DNA of 64,000 nt from an uncultured Planctomycetia bacterium (GCA_964634945.1 CAZWMG010000008.1:268-64267), one strand, 5' to 3'; counted from the stretch's first letter, positions 36,122-47,016 are shown. Numbers and translations are program-made. The notes: generated by a model from the sequence alone, not told the origin.

Positions 36122-38332
36122 TTGAGAATAGTAAGTAAAAAATATTTATTCTACCCTGCTTTTTTTATGGTTTTAGCTTTAATGATTTATTTTGGGCTCT
36201 CTGCCTACATAAATTATATATATGTCCCTAAAAAAATAACACCTATAGTAGGAACGTATATCAATTCTGATTTATTTAAGCCTTTGGAGATCTCTGTTAG
36301 CGAGGTAGCTTTTCACCCCTTCAGAGGTTTTGTATTGCATGATCTAATAGTCAAAAGCCCGACGACATTACAAGGCAAAGATCTTTTGCGCGCAAGGCTT
36401 GTTGATATTGATATCGCTTTTCTGCCATTATTATGGAAGAAGATACATATAAAAAGGCTCCGTATCATAGGGGCCGATCTTACTGTAGGCCGCGATGCTA
36501 AAGGCGCCTGGAACTTTAACCATCTAAAGGATCTTTACAATACAAAGGGTGATGACTGTTTTGATATTACTATAAGTGAAATGCGTTTACCCAGATGCAA
36601 TATGGTTTATATGGATTATTTTAAGAAGGATAATTTCATTGAACGTGAATTCGATAATATAAAAGTCCGGCTTAATCGCTACGCTGAGTCTATGTATAGG
36701 GTTACTATTTCAGGTAGTGACAAAGACAGATCAAGAGAGTCTATCTCCTTGACATTGTTCTACGACGCGGTTAAAAATTCCGCAAAGGGAAAAGCGCGGC
36801 TCGCTACTACATACATTAATGACTATTGGGAATATTATCTAGACGAAGCGCTCAAGCCATGGCGCGTTACATGCGAAACAACAAAACTTGATACGACATT
36901 TTCTTACGCTGACAATGTTTGGACATTGGATGGTAACTACCATATAGATAAGGCTATATTGAGTTATGGAGAAGCCGCGATAACCGCGGATATAGTAGTT
37001 GGCCATGAGTTGACATGTTTCAGTAATTCGGCAAATAGAGCAGAGTCGCATATAGAGGCTCGTCTAAAGGATGTCTCATCTTTGCTAGGTAATTATAGGT
37101 TGCTTGATGAAGGTAAATGTTATATTATAATTGAGAATGACCAGATTAGGATACAGGAGATATCAGGTTTTGTAAAGGGCCAGCCCGTAGCCTTGACAGG
37201 CAAATTTATATTTGGCGATAAGCGTAAACTGGACTTAAGCGGTACGATAGCTGATGTGAAACATGATTTCTGTTTAAATCTTCCAACATATACATATGGC
37301 ACAGCTTATTGGGACCTGAAAAAAGATGATTCCTTCGTCAGCATAAACGCGGATATGCAGGACTTGAAGGATTCAGTATTTAGCCTCACTGTTAGAGGCG
37401 ATATAAATGTTGAAGAACTTTCAAGGCTTCTAAATATGGACAGGGAAGACCTTTTAGGCAGAATAAATTTTTCAGGCAGCTTAAAAGGTGAGGCTGATGA
37501 ATTGGATAGCCTGCAGGGAAAACTTGCGGTTATTGTGGATGACCTTTCCGTCCTTAAGCTGCAGCCGGTTTCTTTTCATTTTGACATGAAAGCTAAAGAT
37601 GGCATATTCGAAGGTGAAATGCCATCGGCGCATTTCTATAAAGGCAATATACGCGGCAAGATACGGACTAACATGGAAAAAATAGGCGCGGAACTTTATA
37701 TTAATGGGCTTGATATGGATAAATTTTCAAAGATACACCCACAATTGGAAAGCACAACAGGGCAATTAGCGGGATCCATCTCTTTTGTAAGCAAAATAAA
37801 GAACTCTTATGATACAATAAAAGGGTATGGTAGTATCAGGTTAAGGAATTGCGATGTTCGCAAGACGCCTTTCTTTACATCTGTAGGAGAGGGCATGAAG
37901 GAATTTGACAAAAACTTTGAAATGCCGGTTTTTAAAAAGGCAGAGGTAACATTCTTTATCGCGGATAAATGTTTTAATGTGGTTCATGCTTTTTTTATCG
38001 CGGATAATTTAAATGTGCACTTTTTAGGGAAGATAACATTTGATGGCGTATTTAATATAACAGCGGGAGGAAAGATTCTTGGGGATGGATTTTTGAAGCA
38101 GCTTCTATTGCCCCATCTTTTAGCGTTTAACCTGCTTAAGGATGTCGTAGAGATTAATGTTGTTGGAAAATGGCCCAACCTAAGATCAGCGGCTAAGGTT
38201 GAGCCAATGGCATGGCTCAATGAATTTTTTAAAGTTGGAGAGAGAGCAAGGCCGGAAAAATATGACCTTGATAAACTCTGGGGGACGGTCCTAAAGGGGA
38301 CACCCCTATGCACGGAAACAGATAAAATTTAA
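36122..38332 (+). CDS. AsmA-like (bridge-like) envelope protein
   Basis: N-terminal TM, LLPLLWKKI-type motif, G.WNF, beta-rich repeats, C-terminal INVVGKW. Confidence 0.6.
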   Translation: MRIVSKKYLFYPAFFMVLALMIYFGLSAYINYIYVPKKITPIVGTYINSDLFKPLEISVSEVAFHPFRGFVLHDLIVKSPTTLQGKDLLRARLVDIDIAFLPLLWKKIHIKRLRIIGADLTVGRDAKGAWNFNHLKDLYNTKGDDCFDITISEMRLPRCNMVYMDYFKKDNFIEREFDNIKVRLNRYAESMYRVTISGSDKDRSRESISLTLFYDAVKNSAKGKARLATTYINDYWEYYLDEALKPWRVTCETTKLDTTFSYADNVWTLDGNYHIDKAILSYGEAAITADIVVGHELTCFSNSANRAESHIEARLKDVSSLLGNYRLLDEGKCYIIIENDQIRIQEISGFVKGQPVALTGKFIFGDKRKLDLSGTIADVKHDFCLNLPTYTYGTAYWDLKKDDSFVSINADMQDLKDSVFSLTVRGDINVEELSRLLNMDREDLLGRINFSGSLKGEADELDSLQGKLAVIVDDLSVLKLQPVSFHFDMKAKDGIFEGEMPSAHFYKGNIRGKIRTNMEKIGAELYINGLDMDKFSKIHPQLESTTGQLAGSISFVSKIKNSYDTIKGYGSIRLRNCDVRKTPFFTSVGEGMKEFDKNFEMPVFKKAEVTFFIADKCFNVVHAFFIADNLNVHFLGKITFDGVFNITAGGKILGDGFLKQLLLPHLLAFNLLKDVVEINVVGKWPNLRSAAKVEPMAWLNEFFKVGERARPEKYDLDKLWGTVLKGTPLCTETDKI

Positions 38333-38429
38333 TGAAAATGCATATCTTTATTACATATAAATAAATAAGGATATCATTATAAAAAATAGCAAAAAACCAG
38401 TGAAACTCAATGTTAGGGGTGTCCCCTTT
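38281..38429. repeat. GGGGACA-type REP pair (inverted); related copy at 43389-43421
   Basis: aaaggggacaccccta vs taggggtgtccccttt; ggggacggtcctaaaggggacacccctatgcac resembles ggggacactcctaaagggggcacccttaagcac. Confidence 0.7.
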
Positions 38430-38443
38430 CTATAAGGAAAGAG

Positions 38444-40123
38444 ATGAAACAGCCGAATGTAATATCGAATTTTATAACAGAGATTATCGACAAAGACCTT
38501 AAGGCCGACAAATATGGCGACAAGGTTTGTACGCGTTTTCCGCCGGAACCAAACGGGTATCTACATATAGGACACGCTAAATCTATATGTTTGAATTTCA
38601 GTCTCGCCGCTTGGTACAAGGGTCTTTGCAATCTTCGCTTTGACGATACTAATCCAAGCAAGGAAGAGCTTGAATACGTAAAATCAATTGAAGCGGATGT
38701 TAAGTGGTTAGGCTTTGATTGGCAAGACCGGATTTTTTATACATCGGATTATTTTGATAAGCTTTATGAATTCGCCGTTAGCCTTATCAGGGCTGAAAAG
38801 GCGTATGTCTGCGATCTTAATTCCGAACAGATGCGAGAGTATCGCGGCACATTGACAGCGCCGGGGAAGATAAGTCCCTATCATAACCGATCGATAGAAG
38901 AAAACCTGGATCTTTTTAAGCGCATGAAAGAGGGTGAGTTTGAAGATGGCTCAAAGGTCTTACGCGCTAAGATAGATATGGCGCATCCTAATATTGCGAT
39001 GCGAGACCCGGCGATATACCGGATAAAAAAAGAGTCTCACCACAGGACTGATAACAAGTGGTGCATTTATCCTATGTATGATTTTGCGCATTGTTTATCG
39101 GATTCGATAGAGAAAATAACTCACTCCACATGCACATTGGAGTTTGAGAATAACCGCCCGTTGTATGACTGGATACTCGATGCCCTAAACGTTTACCATC
39201 CGCAGCAGATAGAGTTTGCGCGTTTAAACTTAAGCTATACTATTCTTAGCAAGCGCAAGTTGATAGAACTTGTAAAGGGAAAATATGTAAATGGCTGGGA
39301 CGACCCTCGTATGCCCACTATATCAGGGTTAAGAAGGCGGGGTTACACACCAAGTTCAATAAGAAACTTTTGCGCCGAGATAGGTGTTTCAAAAGTAAAT
39401 AGCCTTATAGATATTGTGGTTTTAGAGAATAGCCTGCGTGAAGAGTTGAACAAAAGCGCCCCTCGCGCAATGGCAGTTTTGAAGCCTCTTAAGGTAACAA
39501 TCACAAATTATCCGGAAGGGAAGGAAGAAGAACTTATTGCTATTAATAATCCCGAGGATGAAAATGCCGGCACAAGAAAGATACCTTTTTCCCGTACATT
39601 ATATATTGAGCAGGATGATTTTCAGGAAATTCCTTCGAAAAAGTTCTTTCGCTTGGCCCCTGGTAGAGAGGTGCGTTTACGCTATGGATATTTTATCAAG
39701 TGCGAGGAGGTAATAAAAAATCCAAATGGCGATATAGTGGAGCTTAGATGCAGCTATGATCCAGAAACCCGCGGCGGCGACGCGAAGGATGGCCGTAAGG
39801 TAAAGGCGACTCTGCATTGGGTGTCAGCATCGCATGCGCTTAAAACTGAGGTACGGCTTTACAATCATCTATTTTTGAAACCAAATCCTGATGATGTGGT
39901 TGAGGGCAAAGACTTTAAATCAAACCTAAATCCGGATTCTTTACAAACGATCTACCCTGCTTATGTAGAGCCGAGTTTAAAAAATTCAAAGCCAGGCGAT
40001 TCATACCAATTTGAAAGGCAGGGCTATTTTTGTATTGATAAAGACTCATCAAAAGAAAGACTCGTCTTTAATCGTACAGTGGCCTTGCGTAATACCTGGG
40101 CCAAGATATCTAAAAAGGCCTAA
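38444..40123 (+). CDS. glnS: Glutamine--tRNA ligase
   Basis: [48 protein letters not shown]. Confidence 0.97.
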   Translation: MKQPNVISNFITEIIDKDLKADKYGDKVCTRFPPEPNGYLHIGHAKSICLNFSLAAWYKGLCNLRFDDTNPSKEELEYVKSIEADVKWLGFDWQDRIFYTSDYFDKLYEFAVSLIRAEKAYVCDLNSEQMREYRGTLTAPGKISPYHNRSIEENLDLFKRMKEGEFEDGSKVLRAKIDMAHPNIAMRDPAIYRIKKESHHRTDNKWCIYPMYDFAHCLSDSIEKITHSTCTLEFENNRPLYDWILDALNVYHPQQIEFARLNLSYTILSKRKLIELVKGKYVNGWDDPRMPTISGLRRRGYTPSSIRNFCAEIGVSKVNSLIDIVVLENSLREELNKSAPRAMAVLKPLKVTITNYPEGKEEELIAINNPEDENAGTRKIPFSRTLYIEQDDFQEIPSKKFFRLAPGREVRLRYGYFIKCEEVIKNPNGDIVELRCSYDPETRGGDAKDGRKVKATLHWVSASHALKTEVRLYNHLFLKPNPDDVVEGKDFKSNLNPDSLQTIYPAYVEPSLKNSKPGDSYQFERQGYFCIDKDSSKERLVFNRTVALRNTWAKISKKA

Positions 40124-40162
40124 CTTTACAAAAAAGTGCAATACTCAAAATGTAAAGTTAGG
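40112..40162. repeat. REP-like palindrome (51-bp direct repeat with 40576..40626)
   Basis: aaaaaggcctaactttacaaaaaagtgcaatactcaaaatgtaaagttagg; contains the glnS stop codon. Confidence 0.88.
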
Positions 40163-40208
40163 ATTATACTTGCTTAGAAGTACGAGTAACTTACGCACTT
40201 ATTTTGTA

Positions 40209-40238
40209 TTGACATTATATAGTCCTATATGTTTAAAT
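40209..40238 (+). promoter_or_regulatory. Probable sigma70 promoter of the thi operon
   Basis: TTGACA at 40209, then TGn-TTAAAT ending at 40238, just upstream of the riboswitch. Confidence 0.5.
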
Positions 40239-40249
40239 AACAGAGAAAA

Positions 40250-40490
40250 GGAAGGGGAGGCCATAATAGGGCCTGAGAGTTCTGCTAATAGCAGATTACC
40301 CATAGAACCTGATCCACCTTTACTTTTTACAATAGCAGATATTGTTTTCAAGCCAAGGTGGACTCGCTGCTTTCGGTGTTCGGTATCAGATGATAGGTTA
40401 TCGCAAAGATTTGTGTTGCCACAAACGATAACCGAATATTAAAAACCAATAACCGAGAAAGCGGGTCTGGATAATGCCAGCGCAGGGAGG
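40250..40490 (+). promoter_or_regulatory. TPP riboswitch aptamer interrupted by a ~153-nt insert
   Basis: gggg..CTGAGA..ACCC.TAGAACCTGATC (to 40314) and CTGGATAATGCCAGCGCAGGGA (40467-40488), upstream of thiE. Confidence 0.85.
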
Positions 40491-40500
40491 ATAATATCTT

Positions 40501-40527
40501 ACCCATGCTTTCGGCATGGGTTTTTTG
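40501..40527 (+). terminator. Intrinsic terminator (riboswitch expression platform)
   Basis: acccatgct-ttc-ggcatgggt followed by a T run. Confidence 0.85.
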
Positions 40528-40575
40528 CGTTAACAAGAACGATTTTTGTTAAAGACAATATACCCTGAGGCACCC

Positions 40576-40626
40576 AAAAAGGCCTAACTTTACAAAAAAG
40601 TGCAATACTCAAAATGTAAAGTTAGG
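40576..40626. repeat. REP-like palindrome, second copy
   Basis: Identical to 40112..40162. Confidence 0.88.
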
Positions 40627-40640
40627 TAAAATGAGATAAA

Positions 40641-41291
40641 ATGAATAATATAAGAAGCTATAATTTGTATCTAGTCTTAAGTTCGGAATACACGAACAGA
40701 AGGCCTATTTTAGATGTAGCTAAACAGGCAGTTGTCGCGGGTGTTGATATTCTACAGATGCGCGAGAAAGGTATGTCTGAAAAAGACTTGCTGACGCTTG
40801 GTAAAGACTTGCTATCATTGTGTAGGGAATTTAATACTACCTTTATTGTAAATGATAGTCCGTATTTAGCGAGAGATTTGAATGCGGATGGTGTTCATTT
40901 AGGGCAGGAAGATATTAAGAGGTGCCCACTTTTAAACGCGCGAAATATAATAGGGCAGGGCAAGATAATAGGTATCTCTACACACTCGATAGAAGAATTC
41001 AGGAAAGCCAATTCTGAGGATTTTGATTATATAGCTTTTGGCCCGATATTTCCGACAAAGACAAAAGATTATTGCATAGGAGCAGATGAGATAGATGAGG
41101 TGCTTGACATCACTAGTAAGCCAGTGATATTTATCGGTGGGATTAATATAGAGAACGTTGGTTTGCTCTTGGATAAGGGCGCAAAAAATATAGCAGCGAT
41201 ACGTGCTATTGTCGGATCTGATGATGTTGCCGGCGCGATAGATAGTTTCAGGAAAAAGATCAACTCATATAATACAGAGATAAGAGCATGA
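40641..41291 (+). CDS. thiE: Thiamine phosphate synthase
   Basis: QMREK, FIVND, ADGVHLGQED, IGISTHS, GPIFPTKTK, IGGI. Confidence 0.95.
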   Translation: MNNIRSYNLYLVLSSEYTNRRPILDVAKQAVVAGVDILQMREKGMSEKDLLTLGKDLLSLCREFNTTFIVNDSPYLARDLNADGVHLGQEDIKRCPLLNARNIIGQGKIIGISTHSIEEFRKANSEDFDYIAFGPIFPTKTKDYCIGADEIDEVLDITSKPVIFIGGINIENVGLLLDKGAKNIAAIRAIVGSDDVAGAIDSFRKKINSYNTEIRA

Positions 41292-41488
41292 TATTAAGGA
41301 TAAACGGAGATGATGAGAATATCGTCAAGTGCGATAACCTTTTAGAGCTTATTAACGCTAAAAAGCTAAAAATAGACAGAATAGTAGTGGAGCATAACCG
41401 CAAGATTGTTCTTAAGCAAGACTGGTCCAGGGTTGCATTAAATGAAAATGACAGCATAGAGATAGTCAGCTTTGTAGGAGGGGGATAA
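41288..41488 (+). CDS. thiS: Sulfur carrier protein ThiS
   Basis: 66 aa ending [10 protein letters not shown]. Confidence 0.95.
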   Translation: MILRINGDDENIVKCDNLLELINAKKLKIDRIVVEHNRKIVLKQDWSRVALNENDSIEIVSFVGGG

Positions 41489-41489
41489 C

Positions 41490-42266
41490 ATGGAAGATGT
41501 TTTACGTATTGCCGGTAAAAGCATAAAAAGCAGACTTTTTATAGGCACGGGAAAATTTCCAGATAAGGCTATTGTGCGAAAGGTGCTTGAAGCAGCTCAT
41601 GCGGATGTTGTTACAGTTGCCCTAAGAAGGGTTGATATGGGTTCTGTTGATGAGAACATCCTGGATCATGTGCCCGAAGGCTGTGTAATAATGATTAATA
41701 CATCAGGCGCAAGAGACGCGGATGAAGCGATAAGAATGGCCCGGCTTGGAAAGGCAATGGGGTGTGGCGATTGGATCAAGATAGAAGTTATACCGGATAA
41801 CAAGTATCTTTTGCCTGACAATATAGAGACCTTGAAGGCTACAGAGATTCTGGTAAAGGAAGGCTTTACGGTTCTTCCGTATATGAGCCCTGATCTTAGT
41901 ATTGCAAAACGCCTTGTAGGAGCCGGAGCTGCCGCTGTAATGCCCTTAGGTTCTCCCATAGGAAGCAACAGGGGGCTAAAGACAGAAGAGCTTGTACGAA
42001 TAATGGTAAGTGAGATAGATATTCCTGTAATAGTGGATGCCGGTATTGGATGGCCGTCTGAGGCGGCAGCATGTATGGAGCTTGGCTGTGACGCTGTTTT
42101 GGTAAATACAGCTATCGCTACAGCGGATAATCCGATAGCTATGGCAGGTGCTTTTAGTTGTGCGGTTAGCGCGGGCAGAATGGCGTATTTAAATAGTGGT
42201 ATAGCTGCAAACGAATCCGCAAACTCATCCTCACCCCTTACAGGGTTTTTAAGGGATGTCAAATAA
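41490..42266 (+). CDS. thiG: Thiazole synthase
   Basis: [31 protein letters not shown]. Confidence 0.96.
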   Translation: MEDVLRIAGKSIKSRLFIGTGKFPDKAIVRKVLEAAHADVVTVALRRVDMGSVDENILDHVPEGCVIMINTSGARDADEAIRMARLGKAMGCGDWIKIEVIPDNKYLLPDNIETLKATEILVKEGFTVLPYMSPDLSIAKRLVGAGAAAVMPLGSPIGSNRGLKTEELVRIMVSEIDIPVIVDAGIGWPSEAAACMELGCDAVLVNTAIATADNPIAMAGAFSCAVSAGRMAYLNSGIAANESANSSSPLTGFLRDVK

Positions 42267-42281
42267 AAGAGCACTTAAATT

Positions 42282-43385
42282 ATGAGTTTTATCAATTTGA
42301 TTAAAAAATATGAATCCGCTGAATTGAGCAAGAGGATAGATTCTGTGCTCAAGAAAGATATAGAACAGCTTCTCTCCAAGGATACATTGACTTCGATGCA
42401 GTTTCTTTCACTTCTTTCTCCGGCTGCTTCTTGTTGCCTTGAAGAGATGGCAAAAAAAGCTCACAAGATTACCTTGCGAAATTTTGGAAAGGCTATACAG
42501 TTATATACGCCAATATATATATCTAACTACTGCGATAATAATTGTATCTATTGTGGATTTAATATAAATGGAAAAAGCCCCAGAAAAAAGCTTACTATGG
42601 ACGAGCTTGACATCGAGGCACGATATATCGCGGATACAGGCTTAAAGCATATACTTATCCTTACAGGTAGCTCCAAATCAAAAAGTCCCCTCTCATACAT
42701 AAAAGATTCTATAAAGGTGCTAAAGAGATATTTTAGCTCTATATCCATAGAGATCTATCCATTAACAGAAGATGAGTATGGAGAGCTTATAGAAGAAGGC
42801 GTAGACGGACTTACAATATATCAAGAGACATATAATAGGACTATCTATGATAAGGTTCATCTTAAAGGGCCTAAGAAAGATTATGCCTTCCGTCTTGATT
42901 CAGCGGAAAGAGCCCTGAATAAGAAAATGAGAACAGTTAGTGTAGGAGCCTTGCTCGGCCTAGGCCAATGGCGAGAAGATGGTTTTTTCGCCGGCTTACA
43001 CGCGAAATATCTCCAGGATAAATTTCCAGAGGCGGAGATAGCTATATCGGTACCACGGATAAGGCCCCAGACAGAAGAGTATAGCCCGCAATATGATGTC
43101 TCAGATAGAGACATAACACAGCTTATACTGGCGTTAAGGATTTTTTTACCAAGAATAGGCATCACCCTCTCGACGAGAGAAGGTCAGGGCCTGAGAGATA
43201 ATATTCTACCGTTAGGCATTACCAAGATATCAGCGAACTCCACCACTGTTGTCGGTGGCCATACATTGAATAAACCGGAAGAGGCTACTGAGCAGTTTTC
43301 TACAAGCGACAAAAGGAGTGTGGCAGAGATAAAAGAATTTTTACTAAGTCGAGGGTATCAGCCGATTCTGAAAGACTGGGTCTAA
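42282..43385 (+). CDS. thiH: 2-iminoacetate synthase (radical SAM)
   Basis: LYTPIYISNYCDNNCIYCGF, YQETY, SVPRIRP, LSTRE. Confidence 0.94.
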   Translation: MSFINLIKKYESAELSKRIDSVLKKDIEQLLSKDTLTSMQFLSLLSPAASCCLEEMAKKAHKITLRNFGKAIQLYTPIYISNYCDNNCIYCGFNINGKSPRKKLTMDELDIEARYIADTGLKHILILTGSSKSKSPLSYIKDSIKVLKRYFSSISIEIYPLTEDEYGELIEEGVDGLTIYQETYNRTIYDKVHLKGPKKDYAFRLDSAERALNKKMRTVSVGALLGLGQWREDGFFAGLHAKYLQDKFPEAEIAISVPRIRPQTEEYSPQYDVSDRDITQLILALRIFLPRIGITLSTREGQGLRDNILPLGITKISANSTTVVGGHTLNKPEEATEQFSTSDKRSVAEIKEFLLSRGYQPILKDWV

Positions 43386-43453
43386 TCAGGGGACACTCCT
43401 AAAGGGGGCACCCTTAAGCACAAATAATGTAGAAATCTATTAATTTTTAAAAT

Positions 43454-44059
43454 ATGTTTATTAAAACAAAAAAAAGAAAAAAAGAGACCAACGGCGCGAT
43501 TAAGGGCGCCCCCTTAATAGGCATAGCCGGCTGTGGGGGGATAGGCTCTAACTGCGCTTCTAATCTTGTACGAAGCGGTTTTACTAAATTTAGGATAGTA
43601 GATTTTGATGTTGTGGAGAAATCGAACCTGAACAGGCAGTTCTTTTTTTTGGACCAGATTGGCATAGCAAAGGTGAATGCCTTAGAGGTGAATCTGAAAA
43701 GAATAAACCCTGAGATAGAGATAGACGCTATCCAGCAAAGGCTAACCCGTTTAAACGCAGCAAAAGTTTTCGCTGATTGCAGTATTGTGGTAGAGGCGCT
43801 TGATGAAGCAAAAGAGAAGAGTATGCTTGTATCGAGCATCTTAAATAAGGCAAAGCTTATAGTTACAGCTTCGGGCGTAGCAGGGTTTGGGGATTCGGAT
43901 AAGATACGCGTTAAAAAAATAAAGGAAGACCTTGTTCTCGTCGGAGACCTAAAGACGGGGATAGATAAGGCGCCACCGCTTTCTCCAAAGGTCAACATAG
44001 CGGCGGCAAAGCAGGCGGATGTTGTATTGGAATACGTGTTAAGAGGATCTGTATCGTGA
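43454..44059 (+). CDS. thiF: ThiS adenylyltransferase
   Basis: GCGGIGS, DFDVVEKSNLNRQ, EALD. Confidence 0.9.
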   Translation: MFIKTKKRKKETNGAIKGAPLIGIAGCGGIGSNCASNLVRSGFTKFRIVDFDVVEKSNLNRQFFFLDQIGIAKVNALEVNLKRINPEIEIDAIQQRLTRLNAAKVFADCSIVVEALDEAKEKSMLVSSILNKAKLIVTASGVAGFGDSDKIRVKKIKEDLVLVGDLKTGIDKAPPLSPKVNIAAAKQADVVLEYVLRGSVS

Positions 44060-45054
44060 AGGCGATATCGCTATTTTCAGGCGGCTTAGATAGCATACTC
44101 GCTACGAGGTTGATCGCTGACCAAGGCATAGATGTCGAGGCGCTTTATCTTAAGACTGTATTTTGGGGTAAGTCCGACGATAAGCTTAATCACTCGATTC
44201 TTGAGAAGGCCGCGTCTCAAGCAAAATCAAGATTAAGCATCCTGGAGGTTAATAAGGATTATTTTAATGTAGTTAAGCACCCTAAGCATGGTTACGGGAA
44301 AAACCTGAACCCATGCATAGATTGCAAGATCTTTATTTTAAAAACAGCTAGAGAGTATATGAAGAAAAAGAAAGCGAGTTTTTTGATCACGGGTGAGGTA
44401 TTAGGACAGCGTCCGATGTCGCAACATCGATCTGTTTTGGATAAGATAGAGAAGGAAAGCGGAGCATCAGGCATCATCGTAAGGCCTTTAACAGCTAAGT
44501 TTTTCAAAGAAAGCATACCTGAGCAGAGGGGATGGATAGACAGGAAAAGACTTTTAGCGATAGAGGGAAGATCAAGAAAGCCGCAACTTGCTCTCGCTAA
44601 AAAGTTTGGTATTGACGAGTTTCCAAACCCCGCCGGTGGATGCCTTCTCGCGGATAAGATTTTTTCAGATAAGATGCGCGATATAATTAAATATGAAAAA
44701 GATTTCAAGGCAAATGATGTGGACCTCATAAAAAATGGCAGGGTATTCAGAGTTTCTCCTAAGGCTAAGCTTGTTGTGGGACGCAACGAGAAGCAGAATA
44801 GCCTGTTATCGTCCCTTGCCAGAGATAAAGATTATTTTTTTGAAACAGTCGACCTGCCAGGCCCTATAGGCATAGGAAGAGGGCGTTTCAGTGAAGATAA
44901 AATGACTACTGCCGCAAGCATTGTTGCCAGGTATAGTGATTCAAAACCAGGTAATAAGGTAAATATCTTGTGCAAGGAATGTTTTAGCAAGCAGGAAAAG
45001 TTGCTACTGGTGATACCGGTGACAGATGATAAAGCTAGTGGCTTTAGGGTTTGA
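44056..45054 (+). CDS. ThiI/MnmA-like PP-loop tRNA-thiolation family protein
   Basis: SGGLDS, NPCIDCK, TGEVLGQRPMSQ, PAGGCLL. Confidence 0.8.
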   Translation: MKAISLFSGGLDSILATRLIADQGIDVEALYLKTVFWGKSDDKLNHSILEKAASQAKSRLSILEVNKDYFNVVKHPKHGYGKNLNPCIDCKIFILKTAREYMKKKKASFLITGEVLGQRPMSQHRSVLDKIEKESGASGIIVRPLTAKFFKESIPEQRGWIDRKRLLAIEGRSRKPQLALAKKFGIDEFPNPAGGCLLADKIFSDKMRDIIKYEKDFKANDVDLIKNGRVFRVSPKAKLVVGRNEKQNSLLSSLARDKDYFFETVDLPGPIGIGRGRFSEDKMTTAASIVARYSDSKPGNKVNILCKECFSKQEKLLLVIPVTDDKASGFRV

Positions 45055-45141
45055 CAATAGCTTTCTAGTATCTTAACCAGCTTAAGATTAACTTATAATA
45101 TATAAGCCTTGACCGCTTATACAAAAAAGGAGGGTATTAAT

Positions 45142-46191
45142 ATGGCGAAAATCGTGGATCTATTAGGCGAAGAGGGGCAGTATCTGCTGATGCATACTTG
45201 CAATACGATATCCAAGGATCTTTTGCATCTTCCGGGCCCGGATTTTATTGAAAGGATATTTTCTATATCAGACAGGCCAAAAGCTGTCTTAAGGAATATG
45301 CAGCTTCTGTTCAATCATGGCAGGTTAAAAGGCACGGGTTATCTATCTATATTGCCGGTAGATCAAGGCATAGAACACTCAGCAGGCGCTTCTTTCGCGC
45401 CGAACCCATTGTATTTTGATCCTGAAAACATTGTAAAACTTGCTATAGAAGGCGGGTGTAACGGTGTTGCCTCGACATTAGGTGTTTTGGGAATGGTATC
45501 CGCTAAATACGCTAAAAAGATACCCTTTATCCTTAAATTGAATCATAACGAGCTCCTGAGTTACCCTAATACATTTGACCAACGAATGTTCGCGTCCGTT
45601 GAACAGGCCAGCGATATGGGGGCAGTAGCTGTAGGAGCTACTATATATTTTGGCTCCGAAGAATCACGAAGACAGATAGAGGAGGTATCAGCCGCCTTCG
45701 CGAAAGCGCATAAGCTTGGAATGTTTACAATCCTCTGGTGTTATTTAAGAAACGACGGCTTTAAAAGTAATGGTGTGGATTATCACGCCTCCGCTGATCT
45801 TACAGGACAGGCAAATCACTTAGGCGTCACAATAGAAGCTGATATTATAAAACAGAAGCTTCCGATAAACAATGGAGGTTACATAGCGATTAATTTTGGC
45901 AAGACAAGCCCCTTAGTATATGATAAGCTCTCATCGGACCACCCGATAGATCTTACTCGTTACCAGTTGGCAAACTGCTACATGGGCAGGATCGGCCTTA
46001 TTAATTCAGGTGGGCCATCAGGAGAGAACGACCTCCAGCAAGCCGTAAAGACAGCTGTTATAAACAAAAGAGCCGGCGGCACAGGTTTGATTTCCGGTAG
46101 GAAGGCCTTTCAGAAGCCCATGAAGGAAGGCGTGGAACTACTTAACGCAATTCAGGATGTCTATTTGGATAAGGACATAACCATAGCTTGA
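45142..46191 (+). CDS. fbaB: Class I fructose-bisphosphate aldolase
   Basis: [41 protein letters not shown]; ATG 45142 follows aggagg. Confidence 0.95.
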   Translation: MAKIVDLLGEEGQYLLMHTCNTISKDLLHLPGPDFIERIFSISDRPKAVLRNMQLLFNHGRLKGTGYLSILPVDQGIEHSAGASFAPNPLYFDPENIVKLAIEGGCNGVASTLGVLGMVSAKYAKKIPFILKLNHNELLSYPNTFDQRMFASVEQASDMGAVAVGATIYFGSEESRRQIEEVSAAFAKAHKLGMFTILWCYLRNDGFKSNGVDYHASADLTGQANHLGVTIEADIIKQKLPINNGGYIAINFGKTSPLVYDKLSSDHPIDLTRYQLANCYMGRIGLINSGGPSGENDLQQAVKTAVINKRAGGTGLISGRKAFQKPMKEGVELLNAIQDVYLDKDITIA

Positions 46192-46212
46192 AGAAATGAT
46201 TTCGTATTGCGT

Positions 46213-46258
46213 AAAAAAGGGGGCAGATATCTTAATAAAAAGCGTCTGTCCTTTTTTT
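46213..46258. terminator. Bidirectional terminator between fbaB and gpmA
   Basis: aaaaaagggggcagat...gtctgtccttttttt. Confidence 0.65.
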
Positions 46259-46260
46259 AA

Positions 46261-47016
46261 TTATTTCTTGGATTTACCCTGAGCAGCGACAGTATCCATC
46301 GCCTTTTTAACCTTTTCAGGATCTCCAAGGTAATAATGTTTTATGGCATTCAAGTCTTTGTCAAGTTCATATACGAGTGGTATACCCGTAGGGATATTAA
46401 GTTTAACAATATCATCATCCGAGATTTTGTCGAGATATTTTACAAGTGCCCTTAAGCTATTGCCGTGGGCCGCTATCAATATTTTTTTACCTGTTTTTAA
46501 TACAGGAGCGATCTCATTGTGCCAGTAGGGCAGGAACCGCTCTACAGTATCTTTTAGACACTCTGTCGACGGTATCTCGCTACTATCGAGTTCCTTATAC
46601 CTCGGATCATTCGCAGGATGACGCGGGTCAGTGGCCTCAATAGCAGGCGGCTGTATATCATATGCGCGCCTCCATAGAAGGACCTGCTCTTCGCCGTATT
46701 TTTTAGCGGTCTCAGCTTTATTCAGTCCCTGAAGAGCTCCATAATGTTTTTCATTAAGCCGCCATGAGCGGTATACAGGTATCCACATAAGATCCATCTT
46801 ATCAAGAGTTATCCACAGAGTTCGGATAGCTCTTTTTAATACAGATGTAAAGGCGATGTCAAATGTGTAGCCTTCGTTTTTTAATGTCTCTCCCGATTCT
46901 TTGGCTTCAGATATGCCCTTTTCAGAGAGATCCACGTCTGTCCATCCGGTAAAACGGTTCTCTTTGTTCCAGATGCTCTCACCATGCCGCAAAAGTACCA
47001 ATTTTGTATTTTCCAT
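46261..47016 (-). CDS. gpmA: 2,3-BPG-dependent phosphoglycerate mutase
   Basis: [35 protein letters not shown]. Confidence 0.97.
   Translation of the reverse strand: MENTKLVLLRHGESIWNKENRFTGWTDVDLSEKGISEAKESGETLKNEGYTFDIAFTSVLKRAIRTLWITLDKMDLMWIPVYRSWRLNEKHYGALQGLNKAETAKKYGEEQVLLWRRAYDIQPPAIEATDPRHPANDPRYKELDSSEIPSTECLKDTVERFLPYWHNEIAPVLKTGKKILIAAHGNSLRALVKYLDKISDDDIVKLNIPTGIPLVYELDKDLNAIKHYYLGDPEKVKKAMDTVAAQGKSKK

Noticed and set aside
40011-40536. ORFs 40011..40442 (+) and 40348..40536 (-)
   Set aside because: They overlap glnS, REP and riboswitch sequence and have no protein motifs.
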